A stretch of DNA of 64,000 nt, from contig CAJFQC010000010.1 in assembly GCA_904418845.1 (NCBI GenBank), positions 2,329 to 66,328 of the forward strand, written 5' to 3'. The position numbers were made by a program, and so were the translations under genes. Shown here piece after piece: positions 47,706-58,107 of this stretch. The number at the start of each line of letters is the position of its first letter. Positions within the stretch are counted from its first letter, which is position 1. Source of the stretch: an uncultured Ruminococcus sp. GTDB lineage: Bacteria > Bacillota > Clostridia > Lachnospirales > Lachnospiraceae. Under the pieces are notes generated by a model. That model ran no database searches and had not been told where the DNA came from. It worked only from the letters and a program-made list of their open reading frames with translations.

Positions 47706-49724
47706 ATGACACGGAAATATATTTACGGCAATCCTTTCGCGACAGAGGCCGTTATCCACAGTTTCCCGGCAGAGGACAAAGCTCCTGCATACGGGAACAT
47801 CTCAACTGAAAAAGGTTTTACATTTACTTACACAATGGACGAGGAGGATATTGTCTACGGTCTTGGAGAAGCCAACAGAGGCATAAACAAAAGAGGCTAC
47901 TGCTATATCAGTGACTGTTCTGATGATCCCCTGCACACAGAGGATAAGCGTTCCCTTTATGCGGCGCACAATCTTATTATCATAGCGGGTGCGCAGACCT
48001 TCGGACTGTTTTTCGACTATCCGTCACAGATCACATTTGATATAGGTTATACAAAGGCAGACACCCTGACAGTATCCTGCGAGCGCGCAGATCTTAATCT
48101 ATATGTCATTGACGGGGACCGCCCCTATGATATCGCAAAGGAATTCCGAAAGATTATCGGACGCAGCTATATCCCGCCGAAATTCGCCTTTGGATACGGA
48201 CAGAGCCGATGGGAGTATAAGACAAAACAGGATTTCCGCAAGGTGGCGGAAGGGTACCGCAAAGCGAACATCCCTCTGGATATGATCTATATGGACATCG
48301 ACTATATGGATTCTTATAAAGATTTCACTCTGGGCAGACAGTTTGATGATTTTGCGGACTTTGTACAGGAGATGAAAGATGAGCATATCCGTCTGATCCC
48401 TATCATCGACGCGGGAGTGAAAATCGAGGACGGGTATGACGTATACGAAGAGGGTGTGAAAAACCAGTATTTCTGCCGGCGGGAGGACGGAAGCAACTTC
48501 GTAGCCGCAGTGTGGCCGGGCGATACCCACTTCCCGGATTTTCTGAATCCGGATGCCCGCAGATGGTTCGGCGACAAATACCGCCTCCTCACGGATCAGG
48601 GGATTGAGGGTTTCTGGAACGATATGAACGAGCCGTCTATCTTCTACTCCAAAGAGGGATTAGAAGAAGCGAAAGAAATGGCTCTTAAATTCGCTGAGAC
48701 AGATCCGGCAAACTGGGACGGAAGCACCGGCGGGGAAGGCATTGGCGTATGGCAGATGGGCGACAAGTTGAGAAGCCTCGCTAACAGCCATGAAGATTAT
48801 AAGCGTTTTTACCACAATATAAACGGCGAAAAAGTCCGCCACGACAAGGTGCACAACCTGTTCGGATTCAACATGACACGCGCCGCCGGTGAAGCATTTG
48901 AGCGCATTGATCCGGACAAAAGATTTCTCATGTTCTCCCGTTCCTCCTATGTGGGGATGCACCGCTACGGCGGGGTCTGGACAGGAGACAATATGTCATG
49001 GTGGTCCCATCTGCTTCTGAACTTAAAGATGATGCCTTCACTCAATATGTGCGGCTTCCTCTATACAGGGGCTGATCTGGGCGGATTCGGTGCGGATACG
49101 ACAAGAGAATTACTGCTGCGCTTCCTCGCCCTCGGCGTGTTCACCCCTCTGATGCGTAACCACTCTGCATTGGGAACGAGGAAGCAGGAATGCTATCAAT
49201 TTGAAAACACAGATGACTTCCGCCATGTGATCGGCGTAAGATACCGTCTCATTCCTTACATTTACAGTGAGTACATGAAAGCGGCGCTCACAGACGATCT
49301 GTATTTCAAGCCTCTGGCATTCGTCTATCCGGAGGATAAGATGGCGTGCCGCGTCGAGGACCAGCTCATGATCGGTAATGAGATCATGATCGCTCCGGTG
49401 TATGAGCAGAATGCGCGCGGACGTTATATATATCTGCCGGAGGAAATGAAGTTCATCAAGTTCCGCCCGGACGGCTCCATCACCGAAGGAGCCCTGTCTC
49501 AGGGTGTCCACTATGTTGATGTGGCACTGAATGAAGTACCGCTCTTTATCCGAAAAGACCGATGCATCCCGCTGGCACAGCCCGCAGAATGCGTAGATAT
49601 GATCGATACAGAACATCTGACGATGCTTGGATATGAGGGCACGGAATATGTGCTCTATGACGATGACGGAGTACATAAAGACTACGAGAACAAAGAAAAT
49701 TATAAGATATTAACAATGTCGTAA
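47706..49724 (+). CDS. GH31 alpha-glucosidase
   Basis: YMDIDYM, WPG..HFPDF, GFWNDMNEP, WTGDN, GADLGGF, MRNH. Confidence 0.93.
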   Translation: MTRKYIYGNPFATEAVIHSFPAEDKAPAYGNISTEKGFTFTYTMDEEDIVYGLGEANRGINKRGYCYISDCSDDPLHTEDKRSLYAAHNLIIIAGAQTFGLFFDYPSQITFDIGYTKADTLTVSCERADLNLYVIDGDRPYDIAKEFRKIIGRSYIPPKFAFGYGQSRWEYKTKQDFRKVAEGYRKANIPLDMIYMDIDYMDSYKDFTLGRQFDDFADFVQEMKDEHIRLIPIIDAGVKIEDGYDVYEEGVKNQYFCRREDGSNFVAAVWPGDTHFPDFLNPDARRWFGDKYRLLTDQGIEGFWNDMNEPSIFYSKEGLEEAKEMALKFAETDPANWDGSTGGEGIGVWQMGDKLRSLANSHEDYKRFYHNINGEKVRHDKVHNLFGFNMTRAAGEAFERIDPDKRFLMFSRSSYVGMHRYGGVWTGDNMSWWSHLLLNLKMMPSLNMCGFLYTGADLGGFGADTTRELLLRFLALGVFTPLMRNHSALGTRKQECYQFENTDDFRHVIGVRYRLIPYIYSEYMKAALTDDLYFKPLAFVYPEDKMACRVEDQLMIGNEIMIAPVYEQNARGRYIYLPEEMKFIKFRPDGSITEGALSQGVHYVDVALNEVPLFIRKDRCIPLAQPAECVDMIDTEHLTMLGYEGTEYVLYDDDGVHKDYENKENYKILTMS

Positions 49725-49729
49725 ACGGG

Positions 49730-49756
49730 AAAATCCTCCAAACCGGAGGATTTTTT
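49730..49756. terminator. Terminator
   Basis: AAAATCCTCC...GGAGGATTTTT. Confidence 0.8.
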
Positions 49757-49845
49757 CTATACATGCTTTTCGTTTCAGGCGACATACGTCGCTGGAACAT
49801 CCAAGATTTCCTCTTGCCTGAAACATGGAGCTGAAAATTTAGTTT

Positions 49846-52800
49846 TTATTCTGTTCTAAGCGCTGTCACCGGATCGCTCTTCGCCGCCTTTCTCGATGGA
49901 ATCAGACCGCCGATCAGAGTCAGCACCACACTTAGCAAGATCAAAATAATCGCCGGGAGGACCGGAAGCACAGCGTTTATGTCATTGGTTCCCGCCAGAT
50001 AGTGGATAAGCGCGTTGCCCGGGATGAGAAGGAGAAGAGATAAGCCGATGCCGATCAATCCCGCACACAGTCCGATAATAAAGGTTTCCGCATTAAACAC
50101 CTGGGAGATATTTCCTTTCGACGCTCCGATGGCGCGAAGTATGCCGATCTCCTTTTTCCGCTCCAGCACACTGATGTAAGTGATAACACCGATCATAATG
50201 GAGGACACGATAAGAGAGATCGCCACAAAAGCGATCAGCACATAGCTGATAATATCAATAATATCAGTCACAGACGACATAAGCGCACCAACCACATCCG
50301 TGTAAGTGATCACTTGTTCCTCTTTGCCCTCTGCCTCCATACGGGCATTATAGCTGTCCAGTATATTTACAACCTCTTCTTTACTCTCAAAGTCTTTCGG
50401 ATAGATGTCTATCCCGGCAGGCACAGCAAAATCCACATATCCCAGGTCCTTTAAATTATTTTCGTAGGTGGCATTTCCTGTGGCGCTCATGGACATCATA
50501 AGCTCCGCCAGTTCCTCTCCTGTCATATTCATCTGAAATGCCTCCGCAAATGCATCCGCGTCGATGCTCATCGCATTCTGAAGACTGCTGCCGATCTGTG
50601 ACATCATACTTCCAAGCGCTTTCTCCATGCCTGACGCAAGCTGTTCCATAATCTGCCCCATAGCAGAGGATATCTCCTGCTCTAATGCCTGGCTGACCGC
50701 ACCGCCGTAAGCTGATATTGCGCTCTGCATGTAAGTTTCAACCGCGCCGGATATCTGCTTCTCCAGACTGTCCATGTCCACCACAGCCGCCAGTCCTTCG
50801 GACAACCGCTTCTGTCCGTCTTCTGTACTTAAATAGGCAAGAAAATACTCCGGCATCCTGCTCACATCCGGTCCGTTTCCCGCAGCAGCGTACGCCAAGT
50901 ACCCTGCCGCCAGTTCGGCGGCAAGCTTCTCAATCTGCTCCTGGCTCACTGTAATGTTCTCTGTGATCCCTCCGAAGATGCTGTTCGCATATTCCGTCAA
51001 TATCTGCTGTGCCTCCGGTGTATTCAGGTAAGCCTCAAAAGAGGGATCCGACGGATTGAGAGCTGCATAAACCGCATATCCTTCCATCAAAGTGGATGCC
51101 ATCTCTGTTAACTCGTCCACTGTCACATAGATCCCATCTCCTGAATCGATGATCTCCCGGATATTATTTATAAGGATATTGCGTGCTTCCTCTGTGTTTA
51201 AATAAGCGGTGAATGCCTCTCCCAGCCCGGAATAGTCCGCCTCCGGATGTGCGGCGGCATACTCCTGATATCCTTCCATCAGGCTTGCCGCGAGTTCAGC
51301 CATCCCATCGGGGGACACGGACACGTCCAGATTTCCCAGTATATTCTCCAGACTCATAGAGGGCATATTCGGAAGATTCATGGAAATGCTCCCAGGATCA
51401 AGGGCTCCCGACAGATCGAGAGAATTTCCCGCCGAGCTGAAGATACTGGAAAAATTCATTGATCCGGAAGAGCCTGACAACGCAGACAGTGCATTTTCAT
51501 CAAACACAAAGGCCTCCTGAAGCTTCTCCTCGTCGATGGTGAATAAGGAGTCCATATCGAATCTATCCTGATCGCTGTCCTCCCCGAAAGCTTCCCCTGT
51601 AAACACATTAACCGACGGATCGGCAAGCTGCTGCACAATGTCCTTTTTTTCCGCCTGCTGTGCTACATGTTTTGTCAGTGAAGCCGGGTAGCCGATGCCA
51701 TGGGAAAGCGCAGACGCGTTGGCGTCCTCGGCTGGCTGAACGATCCCCACTATAGTCAGCTTCTCTCCATTTTCCACGAGCTTTTTCATATACTCGCCAT
51801 CGCCTGACTTATCCTTCCACACCTGATACTGGCTGTCGTATTCATAATAGTCCGCGCTGTCTACCACACGGAACGTAGTTCCCAGGATGTCCTCGTAGGA
51901 ATAGTTCTCTGCCTCCTCCGGTGTCTCCACGTCTTCCTCGTTGATAAACTGCCGGATCATCTCTTCTAATTCCAACTGATCTCTCAATCCTAATGTATAT
52001 AAAAGCTGATCGCTCATGCTGCCGCTGGTGGTAAGCACAAGCACACACTCGTTATAATTCCTGGGCCATCTTCCCGCTTTCACGTCATACTGGCCTTCGT
52101 ACAGCTCCTCTTTCTCCGGCATCTCATAGAACACATCTGTGCTCATCATGGTGGACATCATACTGTTAGAGCCTGTTGACGAGCCTAATCCCATCTCCTC
52201 AAAAGACGCGTCCGGGTGTACCTGATGAATTGCATCTTCATCCTCACGGTAGATCTGGGGCACCACATTATAGGAATACTCAATGGCATTGGTATATGTT
52301 TCTATCCCGCTCTCCCCGCTGTCCAGGTAGGACTTCAGCGATTCCAGATCATTGGAATCCAGGGTGGAGAACATATCCGTGACCATGTTGATTACCTGGA
52401 TTTCCCCTTCTTTTTTCTCCTGTCCGCCTGTCTCGCCGCCTTCGTCCCCTGTCAAAATGGAACTGAAATCAAATCCCGTACTCTGGATCTGCAGGGGATA
52501 CTCGGAGAGTGTTTCTTTTTCGATGTCTTTGATATAATCATTGACCCCTGTAGAGAGCGACAGGATCAGTGCAATTCCGATGATCCCGATCGAACCTGCA
52601 AAGGAAGTGAGCAGAGTTCTGGCCTTTTTTGTCCTTAAATTGTTAAAACTAAGAGACAATGCCGTCAAAAAAGACATGGACGCTTTCCCCATATTTCTAT
52701 GCTCTGGTTCTTCTGTGTCCTCCGGCACGAACGCATCACTGTCCGAGAGGATCTTCCCGTCCTTTAGATTCACGATGCGGGTGGCATACTCCTGCGCAAG

Positions 52801-53403
52801 CTCCGGGTTATGGGTTACCATCACCACAAGGCGGTTACTTGCCACTTCTTTTAACAGTTCCATGACCTGTACGCTCGTCTCGCTGTCGAGCGCACCCGTA
52901 GGCTCATCCGCCAGCAGGATATCCGGGTCATTGACAAGAGCGCGGGCAATGGCAACTCTCTGCATCTGCCCGCCGGAGAGCTGATTCGGCCTTTTATGGA
53001 GCTGGTCGCCCAGTCCCACCTGTGTAAGCGCCTCTTTTGCCCGTTTCCTTCGCTCCGTCTTGCCGATCCCGGAGATAGTCAGGGCGAGCTCCACATTCGC
53101 CAGAATAGTCTGGTGAGGAATCAGATTATAACTCTGAAAAACAAATCCGATCGTGTGGTTCCTGTACGAATCCCAGTCCCTGTCCTTATATTTCCTCGTA
53201 GAAATACCGTTGATGATGAGATCCCCGCTGTCGTAACGATCCAACCCGCCGATAATATTCAAAAGCGTCGTCTTTCCTGACCCGCTGGAACCTAAGATAG
53301 CAACAAACTCATTGTCCCGCAGATTAAGGCTCACGTGGTCAAGAGCTTTCTGTACTAAGCTTCCCGTACGGTATTCCTTACAGATATTTCTGATCTGAAG
53401 CAT
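49846..53403 (-). CDS. MacB-like fused ABC ATPase/permease with a very large extracellular domain
   Basis: GSSGSGKTT, LSGGQMQRV, LADEPTG; ERKKEIGILRAIGA; KSDPVTALR. Confidence 0.93.
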   Translation of the reverse strand: MLQIRNICKEYRTGSLVQKALDHVSLNLRDNEFVAILGSSGSGKTTLLNIIGGLDRYDSGDLIINGISTRKYKDRDWDSYRNHTIGFVFQSYNLIPHQTILANVELALTISGIGKTERRKRAKEALTQVGLGDQLHKRPNQLSGGQMQRVAIARALVNDPDILLADEPTGALDSETSVQVMELLKEVASNRLVVMVTHNPELAQEYATRIVNLKDGKILSDSDAFVPEDTEEPEHRNMGKASMSFLTALSLSFNNLRTKKARTLLTSFAGSIGIIGIALILSLSTGVNDYIKDIEKETLSEYPLQIQSTGFDFSSILTGDEGGETGGQEKKEGEIQVINMVTDMFSTLDSNDLESLKSYLDSGESGIETYTNAIEYSYNVVPQIYREDEDAIHQVHPDASFEEMGLGSSTGSNSMMSTMMSTDVFYEMPEKEELYEGQYDVKAGRWPRNYNECVLVLTTSGSMSDQLLYTLGLRDQLELEEMIRQFINEEDVETPEEAENYSYEDILGTTFRVVDSADYYEYDSQYQVWKDKSGDGEYMKKLVENGEKLTIVGIVQPAEDANASALSHGIGYPASLTKHVAQQAEKKDIVQQLADPSVNVFTGEAFGEDSDQDRFDMDSLFTIDEEKLQEAFVFDENALSALSGSSGSMNFSSIFSSAGNSLDLSGALDPGSISMNLPNMPSMSLENILGNLDVSVSPDGMAELAASLMEGYQEYAAAHPEADYSGLGEAFTAYLNTEEARNILINNIREIIDSGDGIYVTVDELTEMASTLMEGYAVYAALNPSDPSFEAYLNTPEAQQILTEYANSIFGGITENITVSQEQIEKLAAELAAGYLAYAAAGNGPDVSRMPEYFLAYLSTEDGQKRLSEGLAAVVDMDSLEKQISGAVETYMQSAISAYGGAVSQALEQEISSAMGQIMEQLASGMEKALGSMMSQIGSSLQNAMSIDADAFAEAFQMNMTGEELAELMMSMSATGNATYENNLKDLGYVDFAVPAGIDIYPKDFESKEEVVNILDSYNARMEAEGKEEQVITYTDVVGALMSSVTDIIDIISYVLIAFVAISLIVSSIMIGVITYISVLERKKEIGILRAIGASKGNISQVFNAETFIIGLCAGLIGIGLSLLLLIPGNALIHYLAGTNDINAVLPVLPAIILILLSVVLTLIGGLIPSRKAAKSDPVTALRTE

Positions 53404-53799
53404 TGATGTCTCTCCCTTTCCGCACTGTCCGAAGATATTCTATGTCTCCATTTTGTTTCATTTCTCAAATTGTCCGGCTTCTGCCGACAAAAAGTATTCT
53501 AACACATTCGTGAGAATTCCTCTAGCACAGAGTGAACGATACAGTCATATAGCTTGATCTTTAATAAAATTTTTATTTTTGAGGTTATTTTTTCATTTTG
53601 ATTATAGAATGGTTCATTGTGAAGGAAAGAAACTGCAAGAGATATACAAAATCGTGAAAGAAAAACAGGCGCTTGAACACTTAAGCGCCCTGATGACGAT
53701 TATTGTCCGGGGCGCCTCTTCCCTGTGTTATGTGACATGGAACTTTTCCTTCAAGATACTCGGCGCCCTCAGGACAAGCATATACATTTATTAAGGCGT

Positions 53800-54255
53800 C
53801 TACCATCCCCTGACGAAAAACAGGTACGCCCCCAGTCCTTTGCCGATGGCCACGCTTAGGATGAACGCTGTCATATAGCGCACGATCCTCATCCTTCTCA
53901 TAAATACCGGGAAAACATTCAAGATCTCGGCCAGCGCCATGGACCAGCATCCAACGAAAATACCCGCGAAAATACCAAAGACAGCCAGAATGCCTCCTCC
54001 TGTCGCGCTGACCGCCATATGTCCGGTCAATCCGTCCTTAAATACATATAACAGATTCCCTAATATCCCGCCAAGAGCAACGCTGGTCTCATAGAGAAGT
54101 ATCCTGTCTCCCGTATGGGTCCTGTCCGCAAAGTCCGCCACCACGCCCAGCTCTACGATAAAGGAGAAGAGCCCTCCCGCCACGGCAGCCCCCGCGCTAA
54201 GACCGACGACTGCCAGAAAGATCTGTTGTCCCCACTCCGCCCACATCGAGTTCAT
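53800..54255 (-). CDS. spoVAB: Stage V sporulation protein AB
   Basis: GIFVGCWSMALAEILNVFP motif; follows spoVAA. Confidence 0.85.
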   Translation of the reverse strand: MNSMWAEWGQQIFLAVVGLSAGAAVAGGLFSFIVELGVVADFADRTHTGDRILLYETSVALGGILGNLLYVFKDGLTGHMAVSATGGGILAVFGIFAGIFVGCWSMALAEILNVFPVFMRRMRIVRYMTAFILSVAIGKGLGAYLFFVRGW

Positions 54256-54871
54256 CCCCCCTTCTTGACGCGTCTTCAATCAATGTCGTCTGAATATCAT
54301 TTTCATACAGACGCATCTGCACCTCCATAGGCGTCGGATCTACGGTAAACCGTTTTTTCCCGAAATGATTAAAGAAAATCAGAATCCCGGCGGTCAGCCC
54401 GATAGAATAGGTGATCTCCAGTATCGTAAACCCGTCCGTCTCCTGCCCTGTCACCAGTTCATACATCTGTCCGAAGAGTTTTGTTACATCCACATCGTTG
54501 TTGAACGCCATGATAGAAAATGCAGCTCCGCAGAAAGTGACTGCCACGACAAACACAGTCTTCAGGATATGCCATGCAAGAGGTGGCGTCTTCTGCTCTT
54601 CGTATGTGACAATGATATCTGTCTCACCCATGTTCTGTATCTCGATTCCCGGATATTTCTCATGGATACAGGCAATGATCTTCAAAATGGACACCACGCA
54701 TCTGTGCTGTCCCGTCTTTTTAAATTTTAGGATCTTAAGCGCCTTGATCTTCGGGGGTACTGTCTTATCCGGGCACTCCAGAGTTAGGATATCCCCCAGA
54801 GTCACATCCGGCTTTGTCACTTCTACATCCCGGTCACCTTTGATATATAGCGTCGTACTGTTAGAGGACAT
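54197..54871 (-). CDS. spoVAA: Stage V sporulation protein AA
   Basis: FCGAAFSIMAFNNDV, DPTPMEVQMRLYE. Confidence 0.88.
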   Translation of the reverse strand: MSSNSTTLYIKGDRDVEVTKPDVTLGDILTLECPDKTVPPKIKALKILKFKKTGQHRCVVSILKIIACIHEKYPGIEIQNMGETDIIVTYEEQKTPPLAWHILKTVFVVAVTFCGAAFSIMAFNNDVDVTKLFGQMYELVTGQETDGFTILEITYSIGLTAGILIFFNHFGKKRFTVDPTPMEVQMRLYENDIQTTLIEDASRRGDELDVGGVGTTDLSGSRRS

Positions 54872-55019
54872 CCCGCACCTCCTCACAGGTATTTCTGATG
54901 AGGAACCCTTCTCCTGCCTGCTCCTGCGGCGTGCTCAGATAATAGAGTATCCCGATGACTATCGCTGCCAGCACGATCACCAGAAGGCAGATCCATACTT
55001 TTTTCTGTCCGTCTTTCAT
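54861..55019 (-). CDS. Small single-TM protein preceding spoVAA
   Basis: MKDGQKKVWICLLVIVLAAIVIGILYYL...; overlaps the spoVAA start. Confidence 0.65.
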   Translation of the reverse strand: MKDGQKKVWICLLVIVLAAIVIGILYYLSTPQEQAGEGFLIRNTCEEVRDVL

Positions 55020-55116
55020 GTCATCCACCGCCCTTTCATATTTCTGCGGGCCGCTTCCTGACATTTGAATACACGGCACATATCTGTCTGCCGTTTCCGG
55101 TCCGCGTTATAATGTC

Positions 55117-55145
55117 TAGTCTTCCGATTTTCCCGCAGATTATTC
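55117..55145 (-). promoter_or_regulatory. Possible SigF/SigG forespore promoter for the spoVA genes
   Basis: GAATA-N17-AAGACTA right after the sigF stop; only a loose fit to the consensus. Confidence 0.35.
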
Positions 55146-55860
55146 ATCGGCTGAGCCTTCGGAGATTTTCCATGATCCTCTTCTCCATCCGGGAGACCTG
55201 AACCTGTGATATCCCCATGAGTTTTCCCACATCAGACTGTGTTCGGTCTGCAAAATACCGCAGATAGATAAGTTTCCTCTCTTTAGCGTCCAGTGTCTCT
55301 AAAAGCTGTTTCAATACCAGACGGTCCAGAATCTTATCTTCCTGTTTTTCTTTTTCCTCCAGCTTGTCCACCAGAAGGATTTCATTTCCCTCTTTCTGAT
55401 GGATGGGCCGGTAGAGTGACTCTACCTCGCCTCCTGCTTCCATAGCCTGCACCAGTTCTTCCTTCTCTACCCCCATCTCTTCCGAGAGCTCTTCCACTGT
55501 CGGTTCGCGTCCTAGATCGGAGGTTAGTTTCTCTCTTGCCTGAAGGCTTTTATAAGAAAGTTCTTTTAAGGACCGGCTCACTTTGATCATGCCATCGTCC
55601 CGCAGGAATCGTTTAATCTCCCCGGATATCATGGGTACTGCATAAGTAGAGAACCTGACATCATAAGAAGTATCAAATTTGTCGATAGCCTTCAAAAGTC
55701 CGATGCTCCCGATCTGGAACAGATCCTCCGCCTCACATCCGCGCCCGTAAAAACGCTTTACGACACACCAGATCAGACCGACATTTTCTTCCACAAGCTG
55801 TTCTCTCGCTTCTTTATCCCCGTCGTGTGATCTCTGTATCAAAGCGATTGTGTGGTCCAT
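55144..55860 (-). CDS. sigF: RNA polymerase sporulation sigma factor F
   Basis: DLFQIGSIGL.KAIDKFD, FLRDDGMIKVSR, SQVQVSR; third gene of the spoIIA operon. Confidence 0.93.
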   Translation of the reverse strand: MDHTIALIQRSHDGDKEAREQLVEENVGLIWCVVKRFYGRGCEAEDLFQIGSIGLLKAIDKFDTSYDVRFSTYAVPMISGEIKRFLRDDGMIKVSRSLKELSYKSLQAREKLTSDLGREPTVEELSEEMGVEKEELVQAMEAGGEVESLYRPIHQKEGNEILLVDKLEEKEKQEDKILDRLVLKQLLETLDAKERKLIYLRYFADRTQSDVGKLMGISQVQVSRMEKRIMENLRRLSR

Positions 55861-56294
55861 ATCTCCCTTCCTTTTCCGATGGCCTTTTTCATCTTCACCT
55901 TCGTCCCCTCCCCCGGCTCGGACTCTACCTCCACGCTGTCCATGAAGGCTTCCATAAAGGCAAATCCCATACCGGAGCGGTCCTGCTCAGGCTTCGTAGT
56001 ATACATCGGCTGCATGGCTTCCTCGACATTTTCGATGCCCCGGCCCTGATCGCGCACTTCCACCGAAAATATATTTTCCTCAATACGGCAGCGGATATGC
56101 ACTTTATGTATCTCGTTCTCATAGCCGTGGATGATGGCATTGGTCACTGCCTCTGACACAGCGGTCTTTACATCCGCTACTTCCTCCACCGTGGGGTTCA
56201 GCTGCGTCAGAAAAGATGCCACTGCCACTCTTGCAAACCCTTCGTTCGCTGATCTGCTGTCAAAACGAATCTCCATTTCATTTGTGTTTTTCAT
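55839..56294 (-). CDS. spoIIAB: Anti-sigma F factor
   Basis: NEGFARVAV, VSEAVTNAIIHGY, SGMGF. Confidence 0.97.
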   Translation of the reverse strand: MKNTNEMEIRFDSRSANEGFARVAVASFLTQLNPTVEEVADVKTAVSEAVTNAIIHGYENEIHKVHIRCRIEENIFSVEVRDQGRGIENVEEAMQPMYTTKPEQDRSGMGFAFMEAFMDSVEVESEPGEGTKVKMKKAIGKGREIWTTQSL

Positions 56295-56605
56295 ATCCTG
56301 TCCTCCTCATATATCTGCATGATCTTTGTCACTCCTGACAATGTCAGTATCTTTTTTATCCGCTCACTGGCGTGGACTGCCCAGACCTCTCCGCCGATCA
56401 GGCAGATTGTTTTATATCTTCCCATGATGACCCCTATCCCCGAACTGTCCATAAAGTCTGTCCTCTCAAAATCAAAGATCACATATTTGATGTGATTCCT
56501 GTCAATGACCGCATCTGCCTCCCGTTTGATCTCCTCCGCGTTGTGGTGGTCCACCTCGCGGGGCAGGTAGATGGTAAGACAGTTCTCCTGCACCTGATAT
56601 TTCAT
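56291..56605 (-). CDS. spoIIAA: Anti-sigma F factor antagonist
   Basis: EVDHH, FMDSSGIGVIMGRY. Confidence 0.95.
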   Translation of the reverse strand: MKYQVQENCLTIYLPREVDHHNAEEIKREADAVIDRNHIKYVIFDFERTDFMDSSGIGVIMGRYKTICLIGGEVWAVHASERIKKILTLSGVTKIMQIYEEDRI

Positions 56606-56733
56606 GTTACTCCTCCTCGCATTTACATCTGATATGAAAAAAGAAAAGAATATACATTCGTACACTCTTTTCTTTCGTAATCTTTCCCTTATTTTTTATC
56701 AATTTATTCTTTTATGATCATCTCGGCTTCTTC

Positions 56734-58086
56734 TCATTCGGCACTGCCGGATGTGTCATCTCCGCCTGCGCTCTGCCCAATGGCGTCAAGAGCGCTCTGG
56801 GCGTCCGCGGCATAATCAGAACCGCCGTAGCTGTCCAAAATCTTTTGGTAGTAAACCGCAGCGTTTTCATTGTCTCCGTTCCCCTGATATGCCTGCGCCA
56901 GATTATAGACCGCCTGTCCGCTGTTATATCCCTCATTCATGCGCACTACTTTATAAAAAGCATCTATGGCAGTCTGGTAATCCTGTAAGGCAAGGGCCTC
57001 TGTTCCTGTCTCAAAGTTGCTGTCGCACGCGTTCGGATAGATCTCTGCTGAGATCTGGTCGTAAAGCGCCTGTGCGCTCTCGCCCAGCGCGTCCCTGCTT
57101 ACATTGAGCAGGGTGTCCGCCATCGTTGCGTCACTGTACTCTCCCGAATCATACTGATCAGACACTGCCATCAGCGCCTCATAGCTGTCGCGGGTCGTCT
57201 GCGCTGCCTGTGCATCCGCTTCCACGCTCTCACCGGTCGCCCGGTAGTTGTCCAGCGTCCTTGTCTGTGCGCTCACCTGCGCTTCCAGAGAAGTGATCTT
57301 ATCACTGTATTCCCGCATCTGATCGTTCATCTGATTCGACCGTGCCTGATTGACCGCGGGAGCCACAAGAAACCAGATCAGAGCCGCGCCGATCGCCGCG
57401 CCGATGAAAATATTCGCCACCGCCAGATGGCTGCTCATCTCCTTTAACCGGGAATGCTTAGGCTGGATGATCGTCTCATTTCCGAGATTATATTCTACCG
57501 CATCCTCTTTCTTTTTTTCACTTCTGCGTCTGCCTCTCCCCCTGTGCTGCATCAGCTCATGGATATAGTGAAGCGTAGTCTCATTCGTTGTGTCCAGCTT
57601 CCTTGCCGTGCGAAGAATCTGTCTTGCATGGGAGTACTGCTCCGTATGTAGATAGACCAGCGCCAGAAGCTGGTATGCCTTTAAGAAATCAGGATGGGCG
57701 GATATCACCTGCTTTAACTGGATGACCGCCAGATCTTCTCCGTTCTGACGGCAGTATGCCAGACATTGATTAAATTTCCTGATCGCCAGATTGATCGTCT
57801 CAAGTTCTTTTGCCGACGACTGCACATTCTTGATATAGTAATCCGCTATATTATCCCTCGGGCGCAGATTCTTGCTGATGATCCACTCTACAAGAGCCTC
57901 CGGCACCTCTCCGATGCCGTAATAGACAAGCCCCAGCAGATTCCTTGCCGCGATGTTCTCCCTGTTAAACTGCAGACTCCTGCGCAGCGACGCTATCGCT
58001 CCGGACATATCGCGTATCCGCGCTTTCCGCAGCCCGTCGTTGTACCAATAGTTCGACTGATACACGATCTTCTTCGTATAGTCCAT
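56734..58086 (-). CDS. Tetratricopeptide repeat membrane protein
   Basis: N-terminal TPRs, a TM at about aa 220-240, coiled coil, C-terminal TPRs. Confidence 0.85.
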   Translation of the reverse strand: MDYTKKIVYQSNYWYNDGLRKARIRDMSGAIASLRRSLQFNRENIAARNLLGLVYYGIGEVPEALVEWIISKNLRPRDNIADYYIKNVQSSAKELETINLAIRKFNQCLAYCRQNGEDLAVIQLKQVISAHPDFLKAYQLLALVYLHTEQYSHARQILRTARKLDTTNETTLHYIHELMQHRGRGRRRSEKKKEDAVEYNLGNETIIQPKHSRLKEMSSHLAVANIFIGAAIGAALIWFLVAPAVNQARSNQMNDQMREYSDKITSLEAQVSAQTRTLDNYRATGESVEADAQAAQTTRDSYEALMAVSDQYDSGEYSDATMADTLLNVSRDALGESAQALYDQISAEIYPNACDSNFETGTEALALQDYQTAIDAFYKVVRMNEGYNSGQAVYNLAQAYQGNGDNENAAVYYQKILDSYGGSDYAADAQSALDAIGQSAGGDDTSGSAE

Positions 58087-58107
58087 TTATATCCCCACTG
58101 TCTTTCT

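Noticed and set aside
49765-49830. GTTTCAGGC...GCCTGAAAC inverted repeat as a MITE or ncRNA
   Set aside because: Single copy in the window, no target-site duplication, located between convergent genes; most simply a terminator-associated hairpin.
54197-54255. spoVAA/spoVAB overlap as a frameshift
   Set aside because: Both ORFs carry their family motifs intact; the overlap is a short tail extension.
56640-56710. SigH promoter or Spo0A box for spoIIA
   Set aside because: The AGG...GAAT spacing does not fit the SigH consensus and there is no clear TGTCGAA box; not supportable by eye.
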